From Oikopleura dioica (taxonomy: Eukaryota > Animalia > Chordata), in contig OU015569.1 in assembly GCA_907165135.1 (NCBI GenBank), positions 12,648,001-12,712,000 on the forward strand: a stretch of 64,000 bases of DNA, written 5' to 3'. Shown in pieces: positions 36,401 to 49,146 of the stretch (positions are counted from its first letter, which is position 1; each line of letters starts with the position of its first letter). Made by a program: the position numbers and the translations under genes. Below the pieces are notes generated by a model, which was given only the letters and a program-made list of their open reading frames with translations, ran no database searches and was not told where the DNA came from.

Positions 36401-39400
36401 TAAAACGGACAAAAACTTGAAAATCGACTAATAACAAAGTGGTCTCAATTTGACAAAAGACTAAAAAAAGACTAAAATTGGATAAGACTTGAATTTCGAT
36501 GACAGAAAATAGACTGAAAATCCAGTTTACTAAAATTTTTAGTCTTAAAAGAATCATGAGTAAAATGTACTAGAACTGACAAAAATGACCTAGATAGTCA
36601 TTTTTAATCCTTTTCGACAACAAAATTGATTATTTTCTTTCAATATTTTCGAAATGAATCGCTTTTTGAGCCTGATTCGTGCATTTTGATAGACGTACCT
36701 CAGAATCTGACCTCAAATGAAACAATTATTATTTTCACAAGGGATTTTGAAAAAGCAGGGCATCGTTAACGAGTTTGAACGATGTTCTAAATCGCATTAA
36801 CAAATTATTTCCAAGGTCGACTTGCCGGAGAGCGCTGACGAGATCGAAGGAATTTTCGACGGGGACGCGGTCGAAGTGGTCTATGTCACCGCGCCTGGAG
36901 GATACAAGTTCAGATTCAAGTTCTACTTCGAGTGGGAGCTCATCGAAATGCCCTCCGCCAACGGCACGCTGGTCGCGATTGGAGACAACGAACGAGAGCC
37001 AATTTTCCCGGATGGCGTCAATGTGCACTCAGTTCCGACGACAGGAATCTGCGGGCCAGAACACTTCGCCCCTGCCGCGCTCGGTATCTTTGCCACCGAA
37101 TTAGGTAAGCCACAAAATTAATGTAAAATTTTGACAAATTTTCTAAAATTGCCAATTGCTCTATTATATTAATGACCATGTACTACTAATTGAAAGAGCT
37201 TACAATTCAAATACATCGAATTGGAATTTTAATTATTGGGAAAAACTAAGGGTAGATCTTAGATCTTATTCTAAATCAGGGTTCTTAATCGCTTTTTTTT
37301 CTCGCAGACTTATCATAGTGACACCCTAAATTTCTCCTTGGTAGCGGTTTCTTCGCTAATTGGTAAATACAGTCAATGAAAAGAACCTTCTATTAGAAGC
37401 TTTGGTGTTTGGTACAAAATAAAAGGCGCGTTTTTGTGATGTCAGATTGGGCTCGCTTCACAAATTAGCAACAAACAGCAGCTCACTCACTTTTGCGCCA
37501 CGGTTCCCAAAACAAGTCCCAATTATAAATTTATAACGCCTTTTATTTAGACTCGACTGCAGCTCCAGAAACGGCGATGGAGGGCTTCTCCAAATTCGCA
37601 GCTGCGATGACTGGCTTCGACAAATACTTTGACTCGCACTTTGCTGAATATTGCGCCCTGGAGTCGACCCAGCTCCCTTGCGAGTTTTTCCACTTCCAGG
37701 ACGACGTTACTGCTCAATTTCTTTTCGGTCACTTGGAGGCGCTAGTCGGCCATATCATCAGCCACTGCGACGACGGATTCGGCCATCTCTGGTTGAAAGA
37801 ACTCAGCGAGCTCGAATCATGGATTGGAGGCGAGATTCCAACTGTCATCGTTCCCGAATTCAATCAAGTCACGGTCAAGGACGGCAATCTTTGCGACGAA
37901 TGTCTGGTAGACGCAGACTGCGGCGATTTCCATGAGAAATGGATGCGATGCTCCTCGGAGACCAAGCAGTGCGTCTGTGGCAATCACTGGGTTGATGCCA
38001 ATGGAGACCCAACTGGTGAGTTAAAATTTCCATCGCGTAAAAAAGGGGACGTATGTTTCTTAGATATGCGAAATTGCAGGCATTTCTGAGTAATGATGCG
38101 CCGATATTGGACAAATTGATGACGTAGCCCTTAAATTCTTGCATCGGTAGCTTGAAATTTACATTTTGCGAGTACTAGAATACTTGAATGCACGAAAATA
38201 TCGGAAGCAAGTGTATCCCCTTCATATTTACGCCGTAATTTGAAATTATACGATATGGAGCATCTATTCCTTGGATAAAAAATTGTGTTTCAGACGGTTG
38301 CGAGGCTTTCTCCGGCGACTACACTCTCAACCACAATCAGTGCTCTGGCGAAAATCCACCAAAAACAACTACCACCGTCAAAACAACGACAACAACGAAC
38401 AAGTGGCAAACAACTTCTAAACCAACAACTACCACAACAAAGACGACAACAACAAAAAGCACAACGGAAGCAACAATTCCATCTCTCTGCGGATCTTGCT
38501 CGAGCAACAGCGATTGCGGAAAGAAGTCCAAGTATCACATGGTCTGCTCGGACGAGGGCCAATGCATCTGCGACAATCAATGGATCAGCACTTCTGAAAA
38601 CAATTTTGGTAAGAAGTTAGATCAGATTTTAGAAATTAGGGCAATCTTTTTGATTTATTTTTTTTTCTGAAGACTTTTATTTGAAATTTAACATAGTGAC
38701 ACCCTTATTCAAATTATGAACAAAAATTTGACATAAAATGACATAAAATAAGGGTGTCAATACGTTAAAAAATCTCAAAAAATGCCTCAGAAATATCTCA
38801 AATTGAAGGTCGTTTCTAAACGATAGTTTTGAAATACTTTCCAAGATATTTCCGCACTCAACGTGTCCTTCAAATGTTTTCAGCGATGTCGAGCGCTAAT
38901 CTAATTCTTGTATTTTTGAAGACGGTTGCCGAACGTTCAGCGCGGGCTACGAAAAGGACCAGGAGCAGTGCTCGCCCAAGACCACCACCGCGCCTCAGAA
39001 CATTGATGAGACGACCGCAATTGTTGATCACGCCAAGGTGTTCAACGTCATCGAGGTCGGTAACAATTGCCCGCAGCAGTGGTTGAAGACGCCAATGGAG
39101 GACGATAACAACCTTTGGAACGAGTTCGACGATGGCCTTCATGAACATGATGAGCCAATGTGCGCCTTTGAAAATCTACCAGGTAAAATCAACATGAATC
39201 TTTTGGAAGATAAGAAAGAAGACCAAACGAAGGGTCGAACTTAAGGGGGTAGACATCATAAACGTAGAATATAATTTTTGACAAAAAAATTATTAAATTT
39301 TCAATGGAAATTAGAAACTCCGACCTTCAGAAAGGATCGAGATAAGGGTTTGAACTTTACAAAGATAAAAAATAATAAGGGAGTCAAAGCATTAATTTTG

Positions 39401-41799
39401 GGAGAAAACTCAGCGCGAGAATCGATGTCTAAATCTCTTCATTTGATGATAGAATTCTCCTTACCATAAATTTTCAGCTTGCACGAAACCCCTTTTCGCC
39501 GGCGTCGCTGCTTCCGCCTGCCACTCTTCGACGCTGATTTCCAACTACAACGCTGTCGCCGACGAGCTGGCCCGAGTCTCCGTCTCTGGCGACTTTGACC
39601 GAACTTGCGTGTTTGCTATTGCCCGTGCTCCCTGCTCCGCGCTCGATTTCAAGGCCATTTCCGATCCACGAGAGTACGCTTACAAATTCGCCGAAGTCGT
39701 CAAGACCTTTGCCATTGAAAAATGCGGCAAGAGCCATTTGAAGAATTCGCTCGGACCGATGCTCATGCAAAACGTCGAAATCTTGGAAAACGCTGCTAAT
39801 GGAAACTGCCCAGCCGAGCTCGGGGATTTCGTCTTTGACGCTGAAGCTTTCGACGAGACGGATTTCAGCGATGTTCCAGTTCATACAACCACGACTACTA
39901 CAGTTGCCCCGGAAAAGGATGTCCAACAAACTACTCCAAAATCAATTGACGGAAGTAAGTCAACGTATCTTTTGGGAAGGGGCTATTTCTGAGCGAAATT
40001 TTTGTAGCCTTCTTAGCCAATAAGGGTCCGAGAATCGCGCTATCGACCAATCAGCATTGATTTACTTGCCTACGCAAATTTTGTCGCTCAAAAATTGTCG
40101 CTTCGCTTTTTCGAAAAGACTTTAGTTTTCTTATATATTACAATTAATTTGAACATCGACTATTATTACCTCAATTATTATCTCTAATAACTCTTTATTA
40201 TTACCCAATCCACCTCATCCCGTTTGTGCAACGAGTTAACATGTTCTACGACGCACGTAATCATAAGCATAAAAGCCCGGTGTCAAGTTAAATTCGATAA
40301 TTGAGCAAAGAGCGGTGACTAACAATCCACTTCAGAATTCACAACGCTCAAGGACGGCCAATGCACTTCTAAAGCTTACGGTCGATTGGCCACCGTCGTC
40401 TTCGATGCCAGAGCTTTCGATCTCGTCGACGCCGACACCGCCAAAGCCAACTTCAAAAGGTTCGCGGACGAAATCGGCCGATTGGGAAAGAAAACGCAAA
40501 AGTACGAAATGCAGCGCGGCGAACGACCAGATTGCGAAGTTGCTACTTCCGGAAAGATGCCCTGCGAACTCCTTGACTTTCCTTCAAAAGAAATGGCTTG
40601 CCAACTTGCTGAGCGGGCAAAGAAGCTTTACTTGCATGTCAGAACTTCTTGCAACAATGCTTGGATTAACATCTACGGACAGGTAAAAAATGATAAAGGA
40701 GAAATTCTTCGGTTTTAAAGAAAAATAGAGGATAGCCTTGTTGATCTTAGGGTTTTTGCATGGGCACCCTTATTCACTCCGGAGGCCACTTGAAAATCAA
40801 TAAGGTTAGCCCCTATTGATAATAGCCTATTATTAATAGGCTATAATAGCTTGTCTGAAATAACACAAAAACAATATTAGAATTATCAAAATTTCTTTCA
40901 AATTATTTTCTTCTTTTTAGACAATTTCTTCTCTCGTCGAAGCAGCTGAACCGGTTTCTGGAAGCTGCCCGCAAATTGGCGAACGAATGGAAAAGCAATT
41001 GCTCCAAGAATACACCGAGCGTCATGCAGAGGAAAACGACGGCGTCGACTTCAAACAGCAAATCAAAGAGATTAGAGATGCAGTCAAAGAAGATAAGGCG
41101 GAGAGGAAGAGAGAACGAGGCAGCAAGAAAATGCGACGAGAAGACCGAGAGAAGAACAAGCTCAAGAACATGGCGCGGCGGCGAATTGAATCGGCGATGG
41201 TCGAAGTTAACAAGAAACAACAGAAACTTGAGCAGCTGAGAATTGCCATTGCCGCGGCAGAGGCTGGAAACTACGCTCTTTTGGGTAAGAAATAGTGCAA
41301 AGATTAGGAGTTTAAATTTTCAGCCCGCGACGAAGAGAACGACGTTGTGGTGGAGGAGAACGATTCCGGCATGCTGATGGACTTCGGAGGCGAGTTGTAC
41401 GAATCCTACGAGTACGGCGAGTACGAAGAGGAGGAAGAGGGTGAGTGCGCGGTCCCGGTGGCGCTTGAGATCGACTCGGCCGTCGAGTTCTTCAACGCGT
41501 TGGTGGAGGCGCAGACTTCCCCGCGCTCCAAGTTGCTCCACAACGCCGTGTCGCACCGCGTCAAGCGCCGCTTCGAAGACGTCCTCAACTTCATCCGCGT
41601 CGCGCCCGGCCACTGCCCCGAAGAAGTTCTCGCCAGCTGCGCCAACGTGAACCTGGTCTACGGAAAAAGACGCGCCAAGATCACGGAAATCATCGAGGCC
41701 GCCTCGCAAATCGTCCAAAATATCGAGGAACAGTGCGAGGGCGCCTCCTTTGCCGAGTTTTTCTTGAGCGTCCATGGCAAAGCGGAAAATCTTTTTTAA
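33460..41799 (+). CDS. Large secreted CUB/Cys-rich/Thr-rich protein (oikosin-like extracellular protein)
   Basis: Signal peptide MTRLNLGSNKGLLISLLSISTNA; CUB-like NANCRWRIE..IKVTF..FGPFC; two EB/EGF-like Cys modules; Thr tracts; repeated PC..LDF helical modules. About 11 exons, including a GA-AG intron at 35414-35958. Confidence 0.8.
35462..35735. repeat. Two adjacent palindromic MITE-like units in an intron
   Basis: GCGGCTTCGAGCT ... AGCTCGAAGCCGCAAGC inverted pairs occur twice. Confidence 0.6.
36190..36600 (+). repeat. Degenerate GACTAAAA minisatellite in an intron
   Basis: Many GAC(T/A)AAAA units. Confidence 0.7.
38688..38768. mobile_element. Tiny MITE with TTAACATAGTGACACCCTTA ends (more than 10 remnants in the window)
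   Basis: Inverted ends here. The same motif appears at ~2372, 17032, 17101, 18700, 19071, 20050, 32620, 37315, 43657, 43820 and 45430. Confidence 0.75.
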
Positions 41800-42600
41800 C
41801 CATTAATTAACTAATTAATAATTCATTACTTAAATTACTTTGTATTTAAAATCATTTAACAGCAAAACTAGCAATAATCAATATTTCCTACCATTTGCCT
41901 AAAAAATCTTTCTTTTTCGAGTTTCAACTTTTTGAAAACAAAGGAATTCAATATAAAATATTTTAATTTCTCTCAAAAAATTAAAATAGTTAATTTTTTA
42001 AAGCCAAATGCCAGTGAAACAACTTTCGCCATTTTTTTCCTGATTTCCGAAATACTTGGAATCAGAAAAATAATTTTATCTAGCTTTAAGCTTGTAGAAA
42101 CAGCTCTTTTTTATATTTAAAAATTTAATATCAATATTTTGAAAAACGAAAAAATAAAACTGAGAACGAAAAAATATAGCGCGAGAAGAAACCTGTACAA
42201 AACACGAATTGAAGAAAAAGGTGCTAGACTTCAATCCTCGCCCAAGAAGCAACAGAATACTTAAAATCACGACCCTGCTCTTTCTGTAAATTTAACTTCT
42301 GTAAATAAAATCCCTTCGCAATCAATACATTTATTGTTTTTTTTTATTTCCAAAATGGAAAAATTTGTCAATAAGGTTTTAGAAATATAAAGGTCAGAGG
42401 CATCGTGAATTTGACCTGTCGATGATGATGCTGAAGATTACGGTAATCTAAAACAGCTAAAGCGGAAAGGACAAGGTCATGTTTGTAATAACCCCATATA
42501 GATGTGCGTTGCCCTGCTTCTATCAGCCACTACCAGAGGTCCATATTTAGGGTTAGGCTTAGCTCAATTGACCTAGCTTAGCAGCTGAGCCATAAGCTGG

Positions 42601-42774
42601 CTGGGCTCGGCAAGCTGTATGAAAAACCTGAATCAGGTTCTAAAGAGCTAAAATGAAAAGCTGCGTCGCGGTTTTTTTAATAAAGCCGCAAAGCGGAATC
42701 ACAAGATGACCATTTTATTCATTTCAGCTCTTTAGAACCTGACTCAGGTTTTCCACACAGGTTGCCGAGCCCAG
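42601..42774. mobile_element. hAT MITE family A copy (reference copy; about 40 copies/remnants in the window)
   Basis: CTGGGCTCGGCAA ... TTGCCGAGCCCAG with exact TSD TAAGCTGG. Other copies at ~955, 1352, 1843, 2773, 10862, 11668, 13925, 17826, 19465, 21020, 28269, 52768, 57998, 59363, 59515, 60016, 60480 and 63100. Confidence 0.97.
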
Positions 42775-45246
42775 TAAGCTGGAGACGACTGCATTGCTAA
42801 TTTGAAATGAGCATTTTAGAGACGAATTTTTGTACAGGGTTCTTTTCTATTTCGCCCTTTTTCTGTGTCCCAAACAAGCTGAATCCGGAGATTGCTGTTT
42901 TCGCTCTTTCATTATTTCTAAATTTGAAAAGTGACAGTTCCATTTACGTGTTTCAGTCACGTTGATCTGCCAAATTCACCACATCTCGCCGCGGCTTGAG
43001 CTCTTCCACGCAAAACTGATAAGATCGAGCGATAACACTATTCAGACAACTTTGGAATAAAACAAATGGTCAATCATTCACTACCGGCGCTGATTACTTT
43101 TTAACGCCATTTTGTGATTAGTAAACATTTTCCGCGAAACCTTGAAAGGGAGAGTTTTAAAAGACCAGGTCAGCAGGTCTACATCTCCCGCGCCCTTCTT
43201 TCCGGCTTAGCGAGTTGGCAGTAATGATAAGCAGTCACAGCCAACAACAAACATTCGAAGCAGCGCACGTTTTTGTACCAATCATTCGCCGAATTCATCC
43301 TTTGACCTCAAACTTGGCTGTTTGCGCTGATTTTCTGTCTTTTTTTGCGTTCTTTTTGAAATTTTTCTTTTTCGGATTAGCAACGAGAATTTTAATAAAT
43401 AACTAAATTACGTCTTTCATTGTTCTTTGTTCTAAGGTGGCTTGTTTCGAATAAAGGACTCAATAGGTGACAATCTATAGACATGCGTACATCCCTGCTC
43501 AATTATTAAAATCAAAATGTGACCATCTGACATGTAATCATTTTCTAACAGAAAAAACGAGTTTATTTCTTTGATCTTAAAAAAGAGATAGCACCTGATT
43601 AAAAGGTAACGTTTTTCTGATATTGGCATCAGAAATCGGCATTTTTACCGATAGCTAACATAGTGATACCCTTATTTGCTTTTAAGAAAAAACAGTTTGA
43701 ACCGTAAACAAGTTTACATTGCCGTAAAATTTTAAATCTTAATCATAAATTTTTGCAAAATTTTTAACTAATAGTTTTACTTAAGTAACACATTAGGATG
43801 GTGACTTTTCTTCAAAAGTTAACATATTGAAACCCTTATTAAAGTTTAATCAACAGACAGTTTAAACCTTAACTTGGCTCAGTCAAATTTTTTGACATAA
43901 CTGGCGCTAGCTGCTAAAATTGCTGCTAAAATGGTCATTTTGAATGAAATTTTAAGCGCAAATTTTGTAAAGTTTTGTCCAAAAATTCAAGTTCTTGATG
44001 ATCTCTTTAGCTAAATTAAGGATTAAAATTCCTGTTGATTGAGTTAAATAAGGTTGTCAACATGCTATTTTTTGGAGAAAAGTCACCATCTTTGATGTCT
44101 GCTCCATTTATCCCCGTGGCCTCCTTTTTTTGGTCAGAAGCAGTAATCAGAATAATCAGAGTTGTTTTTTCTTTGATAGGCGGTTGTCCAGGCTGTCCGG
44201 TCTCTCCCAAAAGAAATTATTATTCTGTAAAGGCTTCCTCCGACAGCTTGAAGGATATCCAACGGGCCTACTCATCACTAATTGGTAAGTTGACGCAAGT
44301 AGTTTTATGTATATCCAAGGAGGAGTATATAAACTTAGCCCAGCAAAAAGAGCACTACTTCTTCAATAACCAAAATCGAAAATCGAGAGAAATCTTCTTC
44401 GCCCAAAGCGATTCTTAAAAACCGCTTTCTTGAATAATAAACAAGGCCGTGACGTCGTGAATGAAAATTTTTATATATTTGAGCTTTAAATAATTCAACA
44501 GAAAAAGCAAATACTCAGCTTTTCTCAATGAAAAAGGCTAATAACAGGTTCAAATTGGAATCTGACAGTTCAGCCACTAGTCTCTCAAATCAGGATTTTT
44601 GTTCAAGTTATTTTTTCGCATCTTCTCTTTCAGAAAAGCCGCAACGCGGCTCTTAAAATCCTGACTCAGATTTCATACACAGTTTGCCGAGCTCAAATGT
44701 AAAATCAAAGAGAAAACCCGAAAAATGGGGATATTGAGGTCTACCCCCTTAAAACCGGAAGGCATAGGAAATAGTAGCACTGTGCTTGTTTTAACAACTG
44801 CTAGTACTACCTACTGTCTACATACTCAATTATCACATTTTTGAATTATAGAAGCGTCGGATAGAACTGGCCACTCGAGAAAAGGGAATTTACAATCCGC
44901 CAAGAAAAAGGAACGATTAAACTTGCACCAGTATTTTTCTTCTTTGGGCGATTTTAAAAAGAACCAAGATCCAACAAAAAAAGAAGAAATCAACGAAGAG
45001 AAACGCGCGATTTTTGAGACTTTCTGATTTTTGGTAAGTTCAAAGAGGAGCCATTATTTTCAATAATTATTAATTAAACAGATAATGTTGAATAATTAGC
45101 GCGTAGATACTGTGGTTAATTCCGTCTTTTGGGAAAAAGGATATTTCGTTTTGAAAAGTGTGAAATATACATTTGTTGGCGAGGAATCGTGTCGCCCGAT
45201 TAATGATTTATTTTTTTATCTAGCACAGAGGACACAGAAAAGAAGG

Positions 45247-46244
45247 ATGACGCACTTATTCAAGAGACAACTGATCATGCTCACCGTTTCCGAACTCGCT
45301 CTAGCAACCAGTTTAGAGGACATTTGCAAGGATGTTTATTGTACAAAGGCAAGTACACTTGTTTTACAAGAAGTTTCGTGGTGACCCCCTTATTTTTTGC
45401 GGGCTAGACTTTCTTTTTATCAAATAAAATAAGGGTGTCACTCTTTGCCCTAACTGCTCAAAATAGTTATTGTTCATGTTAGCCCTAACCCTAACCTCCT
45501 ACCCTAATATTCAAATTACAGTGTTTCGAGTTGGTTTCAATATTCCGCCGTCCAATTCCCGCCTGCCAAAAACTGCTTTCGCTGAAAAACTGCTGCAGCC
45601 TAATTCTGAACGGAGCCGACGGCTTAGTCACCGTCCGCGCGTCTTCCTGCGTCGATTTATCCACCGCCAAGATCAAAGTTGGCAGCCAGGACGAACTCGG
45701 CGCCTCGAGGTAGAAAATAAATTGAGGAGCATCGAATTCAAATACTGTCTCTGCTCCAGCGCCAATTGAAAATTAATTTAGTGGTATTAGCGAAGACGAC
45801 CTCTCGAATGTCATCTCTCAGAAAATCGATCTCTTCAGTAAGTACTTACTAAAACACAATTTCAAGACTTGAAATTTACTTCAATTTTTCATTTTGTTTA
45901 TTGGATCATCATTTTAAGACCCAGACCAAGTGGAAGTCTGCGAGCTCAAACAAACAATTGAACCTGGTAAGAAGTTAAAATGGGAAACAAAATTTCTCAT
46001 TAAAAATTATAATTAAATCCAAAAAATTATTGGCAATGAATTTTTTAATCATTAATATTTTTAGGATTACTTCTGCTCCTTTTTGGAGCCTCAATCATCG
46101 GAATGATCACAATATACAGTATTTATCTGTAAGTTACAGATAGGCAACCATGATTTTGATTTTATGAATTTCAGATTGAAATTTGGAAACTACAAGAAAC
46201 GAAAGGATTACGAGCAGCCCTTGCTGAACTCGCCAAAGAAATAA
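45247..46244 (+). CDS. Small type I membrane protein with Cys-rich ectodomain
   Basis: Signal-like MTHLFKRQLIMLTVSELALATS; CKDVYCTK|CFELV..CQKLLSLKNCC joined by a GC-AG intron; TM GLLLLLFGASIIGMITIYSIYLL; tail KKRKDYEQPLL. Confidence 0.75.
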
Positions 46245-47628
46245 AACTGCAAATTTTTATTCAAATAAACACACATTTTTTAAAAAGTTGATCGGTTTCA
46301 GTTTACAAAGAAGTGAGAGTGATTGAATAAGCTTGAGGCAGAAGATACCATTTTTCGGTTTCCATGTTGAATTCTTCGTTCACTAACTCAACAAACTCGT
46401 TGTTGTCTCCAAAATAAACGAAATCGTTGTAGCTGTTAAAACAGTCTTCCATCATTTCGTACGAAGCGTAGAATTCTCTATTTTCTGGAATTCTGATCTG
46501 AGAGCCGGAATGGTCGATCAAAGTGTTTTGGAGAACGAATTCGGAGTTTTCGATTCGGTCCAGCACCATTTGGTGGAAAAGTATTTCTCCGTTGCTGTTG
46601 AGATAGGCACCGGTTACAGTCAGGGGACGAGAGAAGACGAAGTTGCCATGGAGGAGCACTGAATTATAAATTATATTTTTTTTAGTTTTGAGTTCTTTAC
46701 CTTGCTCGAAATCAAAATTGGTATTTATCGAGGGCATGATTCTGCTTATTTTTATAATTTGCCATCCACTTTGATTCAAATAAGTCCTGAATTTCAATCT
46801 TTTGAGAAGCAATTCGATTTCGTTCTTTTGAAATTTTTGTTCATCGAATTTCGGATGGAGATTAAAGCCAGCCAAACTCCGCGGATAAACCAGCATTGTC
46901 AGTTTTGTGAAGATTTTTTCGAGAGTAAAGTTATGTTCCATTTCCCAAGTTCCAACTTTCAAATCATTTTTGAACGCCCATCTCAAAAGCACCGAAACAG
47001 AAATGGGTACACAAAGATCGCTTTCTTTTTGGTTTAAAACATTCTTTGTCACGTTTTTGTAGTCGAAATTGATCTGTCTCGTCAGTTTTTGTTTCAGACT
47101 GGCCATGGCAGTTGATTTTGTCAAATTCGGATCGTCTAAGCAAAAATCAGAAGACGCGTTTTCACGAGAAATGATTTTTGACAAGTTTTGGATTTGTTTG
47201 GTGGATGGTCTTGTTTTGTTTGAGAGCCACTCAGCATTGCATACCTAAAAAGTATTTTTCTGATATAACAAGGAGACTGACCTCTAGTTCTTTTTTGATG
47301 GTTTCTATACGTTTTTCTTCGATTGGTTTGAACAGAAGAGTCCAGGCTGTCTTCCACTCGCAACAGGGGTCTGGATTCGTTTAGCGAATTCGCTCATGAG
47401 CGAAGCGAACCGAAGCTTTCGCTTTTTGTGATTTCAATTCGTTTCGCTTCGCTTTCGCTTTTTACCGAAAATTCTCGCGAAAACTTCGCTCAAAAGAACT
47501 CGTTCCCAGAAGTGAAAATTTTGCTTTTTTTGCTTAGCTATAGCTAAAACTCAAGTTAAAATTTTGCTTATTATTGAACTAAGCTTTGCATTGAACAGTT
47601 TTACTGTTTTCAAAGTAGCCAATATTTT

Positions 47629-48045
47629 GGGGAGTCACTTAATAGCGCCGCCTTGCGCCGCCTTGCGCCGCCCAGTCCTGCTTAAAATTTTTCTTCTCGA
47701 AGATTTTCGGCGTTTCAATGATGATTTTTTTCTGTTTTCTTATCAAAACGTTTATTCTCGTATATTTGAATAGTCTGACCACCAGAAAAAAGAAAACTAA
47801 TAATTTAGGGTGTAATTATCGGGAGTCTAAATTATCTCCATATTTCGGCATAAAATCATCAATTTATTAAGCACGCGACGGGCCAAAGGCCCTTACGCGC
47901 GCATTTTCTGGTAGAGAACTCATGGGGTTGGCGGGGCCCAACTCTCGCTCTTGTTCCGATCATTTACTTTGGTCAGGATTTGGTCAGACGAGACCCGGTT
48001 TGTACCGCACCGGGCGGCGCAAGGCGGCGCTATTCAGTACCCCCC
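47629..48045. mobile_element. Nested MITE
   Basis: TIRs GGGG(A/G)GT..ACT.AATAGCGCCGCCTTGCGCCGCCC; flanking ATATTTT duplicated. Confidence 0.8.
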
Positions 48046-48312
48046 ATATTTTGAGCTCGTTGAGCTGAGCTGTCCTTCCCGTAAAATCATTGAGCTGAGT
48101 TGACTCTTCAAAAAACTCACTCAGTTGATTTGAGCAAGGCAGTCCATATTGAAAATGATTGACATGAGCTGAGCCACACAACCTTTTCAGCTCACTTAAA
48201 TCAGAGAGGGAGAACGAACGGAGTGGTCTCCCTTTTGCCTAAGTCGCTCTTTGACCAAGGACGGCGAATCGGACAATTGGCGATGTGTATTAAAGTTATA
48301 TGATTGATCATA

Positions 48313-48820
48313 TAACTTTATTTTATTGGCTTCCCCACAATCAATCCTGACTTCACCATCTTTAATCCCGGCTTCAACAACTTGAATCCTTGCTTTTCAG
48401 ACGTCAATCCTGGTAGCTCAAACGTCAATCTTGTCATCTCCAGCATCAATCCCGGCTTCTTTAACGCCGATCCGGGCGTCATATATTTTTATCCTAGCCT
48501 CTAAGACGTCAGTTTCGGCTTATCAGTTGTCGATCACGGCTTCTCCGAGATTGGATTGACGTTGGAGAAGCCTATACTGGAATTGATGAAGCCGTGATTC
48601 ACGTTGGAGAAGTAGGGATTAACGTCGATGAACCAGGGATTGACACTTGAAAAGCCATGACTAAAATCGGTGAAGACAGGATTGACGATGTAGAAACCAG
48701 AATTCACGATGGAGAATAAAATATCAATCATATTGGAGAAGACAAGATTGGCGTTTGAAGAAGCCAAGATTGACATTGGAAAAACCAAATAATGTTTCAA
48801 TTAATCAAAATAAATTTATT
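48313..48820. repeat. Two inverted arrays of a degenerate 21-bp repeat
   Basis: About 10 units resembling AATCCTGGCTTCTCCAACGTC, then about 10 reverse-complement units; the orientation switches near 48550. Confidence 0.8.
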
Positions 48821-48977
48821 CAAATCGCTGTTTGTTCAAGATCTCCGTTTCCCAAAGTTGGGTAAACAGCGACTCGGGCAAACGGAGACCACTCGTCCGA
48901 ACGTCTGAAAAGCAAATAAAAATGAAATCGAACTTGAAATGGACTTGAAATGGATTTTTCAAAGGTTAGGAAGTACA

Positions 48978-49146
48978 GTAGATAATCCTCTAGTGGGTAG
49001 GTCACTTTATCGCGTCGCTACCCGTAATAGGATTCGGTGCCCTCCGCGCTCCTTCTGCAAAATAGTGGCAAAATAGGGCTCCGCTACCCACTACACTGTA
49101 GTGACTACAGGATTCGGCGCGCGCTACCCACTAGAGGATTATCTAC
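48978..49146. mobile_element. Nested MITE
   Basis: 23-bp TIRs GTAGATAATCCTCTAGTGGGTAG/CTACCCACTAGAGGATTATCTAC. Confidence 0.8.

Noticed and set aside
41320-41775. Long antisense ORFs over GC-rich exons
   Set aside because: Shadow frames caused by codon bias.
44035-45035. Possible plus-strand exons (GGCPGCP)
   Set aside because: Splice-like sites exist, but no stop-free in-frame model could be assembled.
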